Positions 27,751 to 38,267 of a stretch of 64,000 bases of DNA are shown here, piece by piece (within the stretch, counting starts at the first letter, position 1; each line of letters begins with the position of its first letter). The DNA comes from a bacterium (GTDB taxonomy: Bacteria > UBA8248): positions 3,808,001 through 3,872,000 of the forward strand of contig CBDBZU010000004.1 of NCBI GenBank assembly GCA_965213625.1, read 5' to 3'. The notes beneath the pieces were generated by a model that made no database searches, was not told the DNA's origin, and worked only from the letters and a program-made list of their open reading frames with translations. Both the position numbers and the translations under genes were made by a program.

Positions 27751-29538
27751 TTACGATATGTTGTCGCCATTCGTTGCGCTTTTGATTTCATCGGAAACGG
27801 ACAAATCCTCACTTATAAACTGCATCTCGTAGAGCCTATGGTATAAGCCACCTTGTTTCATCAACTCATCGTGCGTTCCCCTCTCCACGATCCGTCCCCC
27901 ATCGAGTACGATGATTAAATCGGCGTTTCGGACCGTCGAGAGTCGATGAGCCACTACTAACGTAGTGCGATCCTTCATCAAAGGCTCCAATGCTTCTTGA
28001 ATCAACTGCTCGCTCTCCGTGTCGAGCGCGCTCGTGGCCTCATCGAGCAGCAGAATGGAAGGATCCCTCAAAATCGCGCGCGCAATGGCGATGCGCTGGC
28101 GTTCACCGCCGGACAGGCGCACTCCCTCCTCTCCCAGCATGGTCTCATACCCGTTTTCCAGCTCCATGATGAAATCATGGGCATTGGCCGCTTTCGCCGC
28201 CGAGATTACTTCTTCACGGCTGACGGGTCTTTTCTCCCCATAGGCGATGTTGTTTTCCGCCGTATCATTGAACAGAATCACCTGCTGGGTTACCACGGCG
28301 ATCTGGGCGCGCAAGCTGCCGAGCGCATACCGGGACGCCTCCTTCCCGTCGAAGGAGATACACCCCCGTGCAGGCAGATAAAAACGCGGAATCAAATCCA
28401 GCAACGTGCTTTTCCCCGCGCCGCTCATCCCCACAACGGCCAGCGTGCAGCCCGCCGTCACTTCTATGTTGATATCCTCGAGCGTCGCATCGTCCGAATA
28501 GGAGAAATGCACGCCCTCGAATCGAATATGCCGGGAAAGCCGCCCCATCTCCTCGCCATCGGGATTCTTATCTTCCGGAACATGCTCGTCCAGGACCTCG
28601 AAAACCGACTGGGCTCCCGCAATTCCCTCCACCAGGCTATGAAACACCCGGGTGAAAGATTTCAGCGGGTTGTAGGCCATACCGAGAGCGACGGCGAAAC
28701 TCATCAGTCTTCCCGGATCCATGCTCCCATAGATTACCGCCTGGGCGCCGAACCACAGAATTCCCGCTCCCATAAGCCCACCGATGATCTCCACCATGGG
28801 AGGCGCCAGCGAGCGAACCCGCATAGCCCGCATAATGGTGTCGAAAAACGAACGGGTGGCGCCCATGAAACGGCCTTCTTCCTCATCTTCCGCTCCAAAC
28901 GCTTTGACGACGCGAATTCCCGCGTAGGTTTCCTTCATCAGGCTGCTCATGTCCCCCATGCGCGCCTGACTCCTCCGCGTGATTCGGCGAATCTTCTCTC
29001 CCATCATCACAACCAAAACCGCCACCAGCGGAATGAGCACGAAGAATATCAGCGCCATATGGGGGCTCTGGTAAATCGCCACGACGAGCAATGCGATGAA
29101 GGTGAACCCATGGCGGAGCAAATCCCGAACGGAATCCGTCGCCGCATGCTGCATCAAGGAGATGTCGTATATGACTTTCGACATCAACTCTCCGGTCGTT
29201 TTCACCTCGAAAAACCGTAGAGGCAAATTCAGGAGATGCCTGTGAAGCCCGTTTCTGACGTCCATCACCACATGCTGACCAACCCAGAGCATGAAATAAT
29301 TCTGGCAATAAGCTGCGATACCTTTCACCAGATAGACGACCACAAGGGACAGGCAAATCAAAAGAACGATGTCGGCTCGCTTCGAGATCAAAATATCATT
29401 GATGACATGCTGAACGAGGTATGCGGGATAAGCGTTCAGGCCGCCTACGATGATTGTGCATGCGACGGCGACGCCGAACCGAAACCGGTAGGGACGCAAG
29501 TATTTCAGGAGTCTGAGATAAACCCGGGTGCGGCTCAT
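27751..29538 (-). CDS. msbA: Lipid A/core flippase, MsbA-like ABC transporter
   Basis: TM domain plus GMSGAGKST, LSGGERQR and LLLDEATSALD; LPS gene context. Confidence 0.85.
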   Translation of the reverse strand: MSRTRVYLRLLKYLRPYRFRFGVAVACTIIVGGLNAYPAYLVQHVINDILISKRADIVLLICLSLVVVYLVKGIAAYCQNYFMLWVGQHVVMDVRNGLHRHLLNLPLRFFEVKTTGELMSKVIYDISLMQHAATDSVRDLLRHGFTFIALLVVAIYQSPHMALIFFVLIPLVAVLVVMMGEKIRRITRRSQARMGDMSSLMKETYAGIRVVKAFGAEDEEEGRFMGATRSFFDTIMRAMRVRSLAPPMVEIIGGLMGAGILWFGAQAVIYGSMDPGRLMSFAVALGMAYNPLKSFTRVFHSLVEGIAGAQSVFEVLDEHVPEDKNPDGEEMGRLSRHIRFEGVHFSYSDDATLEDINIEVTAGCTLAVVGMSGAGKSTLLDLIPRFYLPARGCISFDGKEASRYALGSLRAQIAVVTQQVILFNDTAENNIAYGEKRPVSREEVISAAKAANAHDFIMELENGYETMLGEEGVRLSGGERQRIAIARAILRDPSILLLDEATSALDTESEQLIQEALEPLMKDRTTLVVAHRLSTVRNADLIIVLDGGRIVERGTHDELMKQGGLYHRLYEMQFISEDLSVSDEIKSATNGDNIS

Positions 29539-29742
29539 CTGGGATTCTTTCGCATATTCAACGCAGACATTTTAAGAGCCAACTCGAACGGCTCACCTGC
29601 CTGATCTGCTTCACGCATCGGTTCGTCATGCGATTGCGTGATCGGCGGATTCCCGCATCCACGCCCGCCAAGACAGGCGGCCTCCATGAGGATTCTTTTC
29701 CCCTGTCCGATCACACCCGGGGAGGCTATTGTATGTACAACG

Positions 29743-30567
29743 CTAATGGCGCTCACGTCCTCGACACATCTCCCACAAAAAGGCGGCGCGCATGAACACA
29801 TAATAAGCGGAGCCCGCTGATACCCATAACCCCTTCACGCCATCGCGAAGACCCATTTTCAAGATGTAGCTCTTGAAAAAACGCCAAAGAGGACGGATGA
29901 CGAAATCGCTCAGTCCGGGCTGCACTCCCCTGAAAGATAAATCTTCCGCCGACAGCCTGGCGTATTTCACCTGCCTTTGGAAGAAATCGAAAAGGGAATC
30001 GTAGCTGTAGTGTTCCAGAGGGGATGAAAATACTCCCACCCGCCCTTCCACCACCACGGATTCGTGAACGCTTCTCTCGTTAAACGCCCCGGCACCACGA
30101 CGGAACAACCGTATCTGATAATCCGGCCATAGATCGCCGTGGCGAAGCCAACGACCGAAGAATATGTTTTTCCGGGGCATCCGATACCCCTCTGCTGGAG
30201 CATCGTCAGACAAAACGGAGATAATCTCCTCCGTAAGCTCAGGACTTACGCATTCATCCGCATCCAGACTCAATATCCAGGAATGACTTGCTTTCGAGAG
30301 GGCGAAATTTTTTTGCGCCGCATATCCCTCCCAAGGATGCTGGATAACCAGCGCGCCGCGTGTTCGGCATATCTCCCGTGTATCATCCGTGCTGCCGGCA
30401 TCCACGACAATTACTTCATCCGCCCATGTAACGCTGTCGACACACGCGCCAATGCGCTCCGCCTCATTGTGGGCGACAATCGTGACGCTAACCGGATTTC
30501 TGATAGATTCGGAGACAGGCTTCTCTCCAGGGCAGGCTTCGGCAGAAGTTTCCGCCAAGCCAGACAT
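29743..30567 (-). CDS. Glycosyltransferase family 2 (LPS core, KdtX/LgtF-like)
   Basis: SVTIVAHNEA..I..C, WADEVIVVDAGSTD, QKNFAL, WILSLDADE, PDYQIRLF and VHE motifs. Start estimated. Confidence 0.9.
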   Translation of the reverse strand: MSGLAETSAEACPGEKPVSESIRNPVSVTIVAHNEAERIGACVDSVTWADEVIVVDAGSTDDTREICRTRGALVIQHPWEGYAAQKNFALSKASHSWILSLDADECVSPELTEEIISVLSDDAPAEGYRMPRKNIFFGRWLRHGDLWPDYQIRLFRRGAGAFNERSVHESVVVEGRVGVFSSPLEHYSYDSLFDFFQRQVKYARLSAEDLSFRGVQPGLSDFVIRPLWRFFKSYILKMGLRDGVKGLWVSAGSAYYVFMRAAFLWEMCRGRERH

Positions 30568-30571
30568 CCTC

Positions 30572-30769
30572 CTAGCCTTTCCTCTGGGTCTTCTCCCACT
30601 CATCGAGCGGGATGGCCTCGTCCACGAGCATGATCGGGATATCATCTTCGATCTTATAGACCAATCCCGATTCCCGGGCGATTAAAAAATTCCCGTCCTC
30701 GCTCAACTCCAGCGGGGTCTTGGTGACGGGACACGCCAATATATCCAGCAACTCTTTATCCACGCTCAT
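30572..30769 (-). CDS. Trm112/YcaR-family protein
   Basis: LLDILACPVTK.PL...YKIEDDIPIMLVDEA. Confidence 0.92.
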   Translation of the reverse strand: MSVDKELLDILACPVTKTPLELSEDGNFLIARESGLVYKIEDDIPIMLVDEAIPLDEWEKTQRKG

Positions 30770-30910
30770 CTTCCGTTTATCTCCAATGGTCAATCAAATT
30801 CCTGAAACGACCTGCACTCCGTCAGATCGTTCATCACAACACGTCAAGGTTGATACATCGCCCGCTTCGTTCAATAAACTGCCTTAGTTTCGCATATCTG
30901 ACTATGTTTT

Positions 30911-31960
30911 TCATGGGGTCGTCTGAAGCAGATCCAGTGCATCCACTGCCTCTTTGACCTTCACACGCTCCAGGCACTCGATATCAGGGCATTTTCTCGC
31001 ATAACAGCCACTACATGCGAGCCGATGATGAAGAACCGTATTCCCCGCGCCCCAGGGGCCGTTCCTCACGGGTTCCGTAGGCCCCATGATCGCCAGACAT
31101 CGAACCCCCAAAGCAGCGGCGATATGCATGGGGCCGGAATCGCCGCCCACAAAACAAGAGCCGCGCCGAATCAAGGCCATCATTTCCCGAATGCTCGTCG
31201 CAGGAGCAACCAAAGGCTGTGTTCTCATGGCGTCCGTCACCTCACCCACCATCTTTTCTTCTCCCGGACCCCAAACCAGAAGAACATCTCCCAAGCCATT
31301 CTCATTCCAGTGGTCGGCAAGTTGCGCAAAACGATCCGGCGCCCAGCGTTTCGTCACCCACCCGCCCCCGGGATGGACGACCAACAGGGGGAGACCGTCT
31401 CGATGGCCTATGTTCTCTAGATGTGTCTTCGCCTGCTCTCCCTCTGCCTGCGTTTCATGAAGCGGAAAACGGTATTGTTCTTTCAATGGAATGGACATAC
31501 CCAGCGGATCGAGAAGGGACAAATTCTTCTCCACAACGTGGTGAGGATTTTCTGGGGGTACAACGTGATGCGTCGTAAAAAGCACGTTCATACCCTCCCT
31601 GCAAAAACGATGCTCGAACCCGATGCGAACAGGCGCTCTTGATGCCCACGTCAAAAAGCCGCTTTTGATCAGTCCCTGGACGTCCAGGGCTACATCGGCG
31701 CCTACATTCTTCACGGCGAGCAGGTCGCGCCTGAGGGCAGAGAAACCGCCGGAGAGCACATTTTTCCGCCACCTCTTGGTATCGACGGTCAAAATTTCAT
31801 CGATATCGGGATTTCCGAGAAGTACTTCTCGCGGGGCCGGCTCAACCGCCCAGGTAATATGGCAATCAGGCCGCGCATTCTTGATGGCCGAAGCCAGAGG
31901 TAGGGTGTGAACGACGTCACCTATCGCACCCAGGCGGATGAGGAGGAATCGCTCACCCAT
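30911..31960 (-). CDS. waaC: Lipopolysaccharide heptosyltransferase I (GT9)
   Basis: LLIRLGAIGDVVHTLP, DVQGLIKS, KRW and DSGPMHIAAA. Start estimated at ATG 31960. Confidence 0.82.
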   Translation of the reverse strand: MGERFLLIRLGAIGDVVHTLPLASAIKNARPDCHITWAVEPAPREVLLGNPDIDEILTVDTKRWRKNVLSGGFSALRRDLLAVKNVGADVALDVQGLIKSGFLTWASRAPVRIGFEHRFCREGMNVLFTTHHVVPPENPHHVVEKNLSLLDPLGMSIPLKEQYRFPLHETQAEGEQAKTHLENIGHRDGLPLLVVHPGGGWVTKRWAPDRFAQLADHWNENGLGDVLLVWGPGEEKMVGEVTDAMRTQPLVAPATSIREMMALIRRGSCFVGGDSGPMHIAAALGVRCLAIMGPTEPVRNGPWGAGNTVLHHRLACSGCYARKCPDIECLERVKVKEAVDALDLLQTTP

Positions 31961-32029
31961 CCGTGGTCGCTCTCCCGATGCACACGGGAACCGTATCCGC
32001 CGAATAGTCCGCACCCTTCGAGCGGACGC

Positions 32030-33022
32030 TCACACGCCATCCCCCTCGAACGTCGTCAGGAGTTCTTGGGGTTCCACGACCGTGGTTCCCGCCTTCATCA
32101 CCGCCAATCCAGCCGCCCGATTCGCGAGTTCCGCCGCCTCACGCATTGACGCGCCTGCGGACAGGGAGAGCGTAAACATCGCAATCACCGTATCCCCCGC
32201 CCCGGTCACGTCTAGCACCTGATCCGACCCAAAGATGGGTATATCTACTCTAGGAGAATCTCCCTCAAAGAGACTCATGCCCTTGTCTCCCCGGGTGAGC
32301 AAGATCGCACGAGCCCCCGTTTTATCAAGCAGAGAAGCTCCCGCCTCATCGAGACGCTCTTCTTCGGGCCAATACCCGAGCAACCCTTCTACTTCTTCTT
32401 CGTTGGGCGTAATGGCCGTGACCCCAAGAAACGAATCTCCCGCATAGCGGCTGTCCACCGTGACGATAAGTTCGGTGGATAATTTCCGTATCGCCTCTTT
32501 CATACCTTCCGTCACGGTGCCTAAGCCATAGTCTGAGATTAAAAGCGCATCCAGGCCGTCATTCGCCATCCGCTCGATATCACGAACGAGCTGAGATTCG
32601 AGCCTCTCGCTCAGTTCCAGCTTCATTTCGTGATCCACTCGGATCACCTGCTGGCGCTTGGTGTTTCGGCCTCCCGCCATCACGCGCGTCTTTGTGGGAG
32701 TGACACGCCCGGCATCCGCCAACAACAGTCCGGTGTCTATCCGGCGTCTTTCCATTGCGCTGCGGAGTTCCTCGCCCACATCATCGGCGCCCAAAGCGCC
32801 GATGGCCCGCACATTTCCGCCCAGGGCTGCAGCGTTCATCGCCGCATTGCCCCCGCCGCCGGGAACAATCTCTCGGCCGATGAAATCCAGAACAAGAACC
32901 GGCGCTTCCCGGCTGATGCGAGAGGTGGCGCCATGGATGAATTCATCCGCGATGAAATCCCCCAGCACCGCCATGCGGATGGACGGAAATTTTTGAATAT
33001 ATTCCTTGAGTGGCAAACTCAT
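32030..33022 (-). CDS. rfaE1: D-glycero-manno-heptose-7-phosphate kinase (stand-alone RfaE domain I, PfkB family)
   Basis: RISREAPV, GGGGNAA.N, T..KTRV, ISDYG.G, ITPNE.E and DVTGAGDTV motifs. Confidence 0.88.
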   Translation of the reverse strand: MSLPLKEYIQKFPSIRMAVLGDFIADEFIHGATSRISREAPVLVLDFIGREIVPGGGGNAAMNAAALGGNVRAIGALGADDVGEELRSAMERRRIDTGLLLADAGRVTPTKTRVMAGGRNTKRQQVIRVDHEMKLELSERLESQLVRDIERMANDGLDALLISDYGLGTVTEGMKEAIRKLSTELIVTVDSRYAGDSFLGVTAITPNEEEVEGLLGYWPEEERLDEAGASLLDKTGARAILLTRGDKGMSLFEGDSPRVDIPIFGSDQVLDVTGAGDTVIAMFTLSLSAGASMREAAELANRAAGLAVMKAGTTVVEPQELLTTFEGDGV

Positions 33023-33023
33023 T

Positions 33024-33626
33024 TTAGTGATTCCCACCCTCGTTCAAGATGATTTCCACCGCATGATATGCGTCTTGCGCCACGAAATCCGGCTGGCGGG
33101 GCCACTGCTCTCCACGTAGCTCTCTTTCTCCCCGCCCATACCCCGTGAGCAAAAGACCTGACTTACAACCCGCACGCCAGCCCGCCTCCAAATCGGAATA
33201 CTTGTCTCCCAGCATGACGGATTTTTCCAAGTCAATTTCGTGTTCTTCCGCTGCCTTCAAAAGCATGCCGGGATAGGGTTTTCGCATCTTGCAGTCAATC
33301 GCATATTCGGGATCGTCTCCGTTCGGGACGTGCGGGCAAAAGTAGATTGCGTCAAGGCGCGCGCCTTTGCCGCCCAGTTCATCCTGAAGTTTGCGATGCA
33401 CCTGCTCCAGCATGGATTCCGGGAAATAGCCACGCGCCACGCCGGCTTGGTTCGTAATCAAAACGGCGAGCCACCCCGCTTCGTTCACCTTCCGGACGGC
33501 CGCCGCCGCCCTCGGGAGGAGTTCATATACGTCGAGGTGAGTGACATAGCCCACGTCTCGATTCAGGGTTCCGTCTCTGTCAAAAAATACCGCTGGTTTT
33601 TTGGTAGTGTCTTTTTCAGTTTCCAT
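33024..33626 (-). CDS. gmhB: D-glycero-manno-heptose-1,7-bisphosphate phosphatase
   Basis: FFDRDGTLN, TNQAGVARG, YFCPH, RKP.PGM and GDKYSD motifs. Confidence 0.92.
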   Translation of the reverse strand: METEKDTTKKPAVFFDRDGTLNRDVGYVTHLDVYELLPRAAAAVRKVNEAGWLAVLITNQAGVARGYFPESMLEQVHRKLQDELGGKGARLDAIYFCPHVPNGDDPEYAIDCKMRKPYPGMLLKAAEEHEIDLEKSVMLGDKYSDLEAGWRAGCKSGLLLTGYGRGERELRGEQWPRQPDFVAQDAYHAVEIILNEGGNH

Positions 33627-34698
33627 CCTTACTAATCCTCGGTTTTTCGTTTAGCAGCTTAACGGTTTCGTGCGCCACTTCTTCAGGCGTAATCAGTTTC
33701 ATGCAGTCGTGATGGCCGAAAGGGCACTTTCTTGCGAAACATGGGCTACAATCGAGATTCCTGTGAATGGTTCTATTCCAAGGGCCTCTTGGGCCCGTTC
33801 GACGATAGTCCGTGGGTCCGAACAGCGCAATCGTCGCCGTCCCGGCGAGCGCCGCCACATGAAGCGGGCCCGTATCGCCGGAGATGAATACATCCAGAGG
33901 GGAAAGTAAGGCGGGCAGCATCTCCAGAGTATCCTTTCCGGCCAGATTCACCGCTCGCCCCCCGGACATCTTATCCAATTTCACAGCAAGCGCTAGTTCA
34001 TCCGGCCCGCCCAAAATAAAGACCTGCACTCCCTCATGCTCTACGAGTCTGTAAATGAGTTTATTGAAATTTTCCAGCGGCCACGTCTTGGATTCACCGA
34101 AAAAGGCTCCGGGATGAATTCCCACCAAAGGCGCATGTTTCTTCGCGTGATGCGCTATCAACAAATCTTCCGCGAATTGTTGCGCCTCTGGTTTGATGAA
34201 GAAATCATCAACCCGTACACGGGTTTCATATCCTTCCGCTTCGAGAAGGTAAAGATACCAATCCACCAAGTGAGAAACATCTCTTGGAGGAGCCACACGG
34301 CTGCTCAATAGCCAGCCCCGACTGTCGGTCCCATACCCGATTCGCTGCTTTGCACCAATCCATTTCGCCATGAGGGCCGCGCGAAAGCTGTTGGGCAGAA
34401 TCCACGCATAATCTACCGTCTCGTCTTTCAGCATTCGCTTCAAGGATAAGAAGCTACTCCATTTCCCCGCATCGAGAGACAAGACCCGATCGATCCATGG
34501 AAAACTGCGGAGCAATCCGCAAGTCCAGGAACCTGCCGCCGCCGCCAGCCTCGCCCCTGGGTGCGCACGCCTCAGGGATGAAAAAAAAGGAGCGGACATG
34601 GCCGTGTCACCAATCCATGTGGGCGCCACTACAAGGTGCAACTCCTCCCGATGGGCATCGCCAGACAAACTCGATTCCTCCCCGGTGCGTCTCCGCAC
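33616..34698 (-). CDS. waaF: Lipopolysaccharide heptosyltransferase II (GT9)
   Basis: PTWIGD..M, LPNSFRAA, PGAFFG.SK.WP, DTGPLHVA and CSPCF.R.CPFGHH.CM motifs. True start may be slightly downstream. Confidence 0.9.
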   Translation of the reverse strand: MRRRTGEESSLSGDAHREELHLVVAPTWIGDTAMSAPFFSSLRRAHPGARLAAAAGSWTCGLLRSFPWIDRVLSLDAGKWSSFLSLKRMLKDETVDYAWILPNSFRAALMAKWIGAKQRIGYGTDSRGWLLSSRVAPPRDVSHLVDWYLYLLEAEGYETRVRVDDFFIKPEAQQFAEDLLIAHHAKKHAPLVGIHPGAFFGESKTWPLENFNKLIYRLVEHEGVQVFILGGPDELALAVKLDKMSGGRAVNLAGKDTLEMLPALLSPLDVFISGDTGPLHVAALAGTATIALFGPTDYRRTGPRGPWNRTIHRNLDCSPCFARKCPFGHHDCMKLITPEEVAHETVKLLNEKPRISKDGN

Positions 34699-34856
34699 CT
34701 TGAGTCACGGGGAAAACAACGAAAACTGCCCTTTTTCAACGCTATCAACCGGCGTGATGGGCGTCAATGAGCATGAAAAATACGTTTTGCAATCCGGCAA
34801 ACGCTCATATAGTGTGATGTGCGAGTATCGAGTGACCATCTCCCAGAGGATTACCC

Positions 34857-36074
34857 TTGAAAACATTGCACCGATATATCCTGGGTGAAATGGTGTCCTA
34901 TCTGCTCATATCCTTGCTCTTTCTTACATTTGTGCTCCTGCTGCACAGAATGTTTCAATTCACGGATTTGGTGGTGAACCGCGGGGTGCCAATTTCCATC
35001 GTGGCGCAGTTTATGCTCGCCGCCTTACCCGTTCTTCTTCTTGTTACCTTGCCCATGTCCACCCTTATTGCGAGCATCATGGTGTTCAGTCGCCTCTCGA
35101 GCGATAGCGAATCCCTGGCGATGACCGCCTCCGGCATGACCTTCTACTCCCAACTCATTCCAGTAGGAATGGTGGGGGTAGCCACTGCCCTCCTGAGCGG
35201 ATTTCTCATGATATTCGGGATTCCCTGGAGTCAGAGCACCACTTTGGAAGTCCGACAACAGATGCTTCATAGCCGAGTCGCTACTTTCGACCTTCGAGAA
35301 CAGGTATTTCATGATGGTTTCGACGGAATCATGTTCTACGTGCGAGAAATCGAATCATCAGGCAAGGCGCTGAAAGGCATCATGATTTCAGACACGAGGG
35401 AGGCCGGTACAAACCGGGTCATATTTGCCGATCGAGGGATGTTGTTCAAATCCTCATCATCTCCGAAAGTATGGTTACGCCTCGTCAGAGGGACCATCCA
35501 TACGGTCAGCGAACCCGGGAAGGTCTCCAGCAAGAATATTAGCGCGCATGACGGCACTTCTCTCTCCGGCGACAATTATCAAATCGCGCGCTTTGAGAGC
35601 CACGACCTCAATTTTGATCTCACGAAAACCATCGGGAAGACGAAAGCGCTTCGGACTAGCCTACGCTCGTTTCCACTCCATGAACTCAGAAATAAATTAA
35701 AAGAGCACGAGCCGGGAACAAGCAGGTACAACGCTATTCTCGTGGAATTGTACAAGAAATTCGCGGCGCCCTTCACATGCCTTATTCTGGCTTTCCTGGG
35801 GGCGCCTCTCGGCATACAGAACAGACGCTCGGGACGCCACGGCGGATTCGCCCTGAGTCTGGGCGTCCTGATGCTCTATTATCTACTCGTTACCTTCGCC
35901 GAGGGAATGGCGGAAAGCGGGCAACTCAGCGCTGCCGTCGCCGTGTGGAGTCCAAACGTATTATTGGCTTTCCTCGCGGGGTACTTGGTAAGAATCGCAG
36001 GGATGCGTTACACCATCGACATTTGGGGTCTGTTCCTCAAACCTTTTTCTCCATTCATCCGAAGCAAATCATAA
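34857..36074 (+). CDS. lptF: LPS export ABC permease LptF
   Basis: KTLHRYI..E, RLSSDSE..AM.ASG; LptF/G topology; first of the pair. Confidence 0.88.
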   Translation: MKTLHRYILGEMVSYLLISLLFLTFVLLLHRMFQFTDLVVNRGVPISIVAQFMLAALPVLLLVTLPMSTLIASIMVFSRLSSDSESLAMTASGMTFYSQLIPVGMVGVATALLSGFLMIFGIPWSQSTTLEVRQQMLHSRVATFDLREQVFHDGFDGIMFYVREIESSGKALKGIMISDTREAGTNRVIFADRGMLFKSSSSPKVWLRLVRGTIHTVSEPGKVSSKNISAHDGTSLSGDNYQIARFESHDLNFDLTKTIGKTKALRTSLRSFPLHELRNKLKEHEPGTSRYNAILVELYKKFAAPFTCLILAFLGAPLGIQNRRSGRHGGFALSLGVLMLYYLLVTFAEGMAESGQLSAAVAVWSPNVLLAFLAGYLVRIAGMRYTIDIWGLFLKPFSPFIRSKS

Positions 36075-36083
36075 ATACCCGCC

Positions 36084-37172
36084 ATGACCATATTGAGCCG
36101 CTACATCCTGAAACAGTTTCTGAGAATGGTGTTTCTTTGTCAGGCGGGAGCCATCACCCTCTTCCTCATCGCGGAGTTTATCGAGCGCATCGATGATTTC
36201 ATCGAAGAGAACGCTGCCCTGGCCGATGCGGCCCTGTATTTCCTGTACAAGATACCCCATCTCGTTTTTCTCTCCGTTCCGCTCACCGTTCTGATGGCGA
36301 GTACGTTCACGCTGATTCTGTTCTCCAGAGAAAACGAGGTTCTCGCCATGCGCGCAGGGGGCCTGAGTCTCTACCGGATCATTGCGCCCATTCTCATCGC
36401 CAGTCTGGGTATCAGCCTCCTCACCTTCCTGGCGAATGAATACATCGTTCCATTCGCCAACAAGCGCGGAGAATACATACGCCGGGTCAAGATCCAGAAA
36501 ACCGGCTTACGCACGCATATCCAGAGAGACAAAATATGGTATCGCTCGGAAGACAACACAATCTGGCAAATCACGCACTATGATCCAACATCGGAAAAAA
36601 TGAGAGGCGTTACCTTGTACAGAATGGGACGGCAAAACCGCTTGACGCAACGTATTGACGCAACCGAGGTGGTTTGGCTTCCAGCAGAAAAACATTGGGC
36701 ATTCCACAAAGGCGTGATCCACGATTTTGCAGGCGAGGGAAAAATCAAACAGAAGACCTTTGAGAAAAAAGTTTTCCCGCTCCCAGAAAAACCGAAAGAT
36801 TTCAAGAAAACTGGCAGAAACCCGGAGACAATGAACTATCAGGAGCTTGACCGCTACATAAAAAACTTGCGCAAAAGCGGCGTGAACACCACCCGCTACA
36901 TCGTAGATATGTGGGCAAAAATTTCTGCGCCATTCATCAGTTTCGTATTGGCTATCGTAGGTGTGGCTTTCTCCATTCGAAGCAGCAGAAGCGGTGGAGT
37001 CGCGCTGGGAGTCGCCATCGCCATCGCCATCGGCGCGATCTACCTCATTCTGTTTCATGCGAGCATTTCGTTCGGGCATGCAGGACGCCTTCCGCCCGTC
37101 CTGGCGGCCTGGGGCCCAAATGCGATTTTCATCGCGGGAGGGGCTTACTTTCTCGTCTCCATCAGGAGATAA
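36084..37172 (+). CDS. lptG: LPS export ABC permease LptG
   Basis: MTILSRYI, E.LAMRAGGLS, PETMNY.EL and LPP.LAAW.PN motifs. Confidence 0.9.
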   Translation: MTILSRYILKQFLRMVFLCQAGAITLFLIAEFIERIDDFIEENAALADAALYFLYKIPHLVFLSVPLTVLMASTFTLILFSRENEVLAMRAGGLSLYRIIAPILIASLGISLLTFLANEYIVPFANKRGEYIRRVKIQKTGLRTHIQRDKIWYRSEDNTIWQITHYDPTSEKMRGVTLYRMGRQNRLTQRIDATEVVWLPAEKHWAFHKGVIHDFAGEGKIKQKTFEKKVFPLPEKPKDFKKTGRNPETMNYQELDRYIKNLRKSGVNTTRYIVDMWAKISAPFISFVLAIVGVAFSIRSSRSGGVALGVAIAIAIGAIYLILFHASISFGHAGRLPPVLAAWGPNAIFIAGGAYFLVSIRR

Positions 37173-37181
37173 CGCGCCAAC

Positions 37182-38267
37182 TCAAGACGAAAACGCTTTC
37201 TTTTCGATCAAACCAGCCAAATTCATCTCGTCATCTATCTTCATCACCACGCGAAGAACACGAAGCGGCGTTTTACTCAGCAAACGAGACAGTTTTGCCG
37301 CATCTTTCTCCGTAGTGAGAATGAATTCGGCTCCGGTCTTCTGCAGCGACGAAACGAGCCGCACGCCATCCGCCAAAGCATAATGGGCATGATCCGGATA
37401 TTCGTGATGCACGGTAATCTCGACATCCAGCGATTCAAGCATTTTCTCAAAACCATGCGGATTTCCCAGGCCGCTGACAGCAACGACTTTTGCGCCCTGT
37501 AGTTCATCCGGCAAGCCCGTTTTTTCTCCTCCTGCATCCAGGATTGCATCCGGCTCAAGACGCCCTGTGCACATTGGAATATCCGGGATAAGAGACTGGA
37601 TTTCTTCTCTCTCCCTATCTAGACATTCGCCCGTCACCAAAACGGCGTCCGCGCGCTCTAAGGCCGAAACCGACTCCCGGAGAGCACCTGCGGGAACCAC
37701 CTTGCCATTTCCAAAAGGACAATCTCCGCGCACAACCACCACGTCCATATCCCGGTGGAGCGCCAAGTGTTGAAACCCATCGTCGAGCACGACAACATCC
37801 GCTCCGAATTCCTCGACCGCCTTGTTCGCGACAAAAGAACGTTCCGCACCCGTTAATACGAGGAGGCCGGGATAGCGGCGTGCTAGCATCGCCGCCTCAT
37901 CGGCAGCCGGCGGCGCTGCCATCAGGCTTCCCTTCCCATCGCCCACAACCATCACATCCTTGGGTCTTCCGCCATAGCCCCTGCTCACCACGGCGGGCTT
38001 TTGCCCTTTCAACATAAGTTGTTCCACGAGCCAGGCGACCGTGGGCGTTTTTCCCGTTCCTCCCAGGGTAAGATTCCCAATCGAAATGACGGGTACGGGA
38101 ATTTTAGAGACACCAGCCTTTCCGGATTCAAAACGCCGGCGCCGACGCGCCATTGCGCCACCATAGAGACTTCCCAGGGGGCTCAAGCTCTTCGTCAACA
38201 TACGTGCCCAGGCCGGAGACGAGGGGTCGCCCTCCCAGGCCTGCAGGATTCCGCGCCGAAAACTCAT
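37182..38267 (-). CDS. lpxK: Tetraacyldisaccharide 4'-kinase
   Basis: PVISIGNLTLGGTGKTP, SRGYG, LDDGFQH, DH and TTEKDA.K motifs. Confidence 0.96.
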   Translation of the reverse strand: MSFRRGILQAWEGDPSSPAWARMLTKSLSPLGSLYGGAMARRRRRFESGKAGVSKIPVPVISIGNLTLGGTGKTPTVAWLVEQLMLKGQKPAVVSRGYGGRPKDVMVVGDGKGSLMAAPPAADEAAMLARRYPGLLVLTGAERSFVANKAVEEFGADVVVLDDGFQHLALHRDMDVVVVRGDCPFGNGKVVPAGALRESVSALERADAVLVTGECLDREREEIQSLIPDIPMCTGRLEPDAILDAGGEKTGLPDELQGAKVVAVSGLGNPHGFEKMLESLDVEITVHHEYPDHAHYALADGVRLVSSLQKTGAEFILTTEKDAAKLSRLLSKTPLRVLRVVMKIDDEMNLAGLIEKKAFSS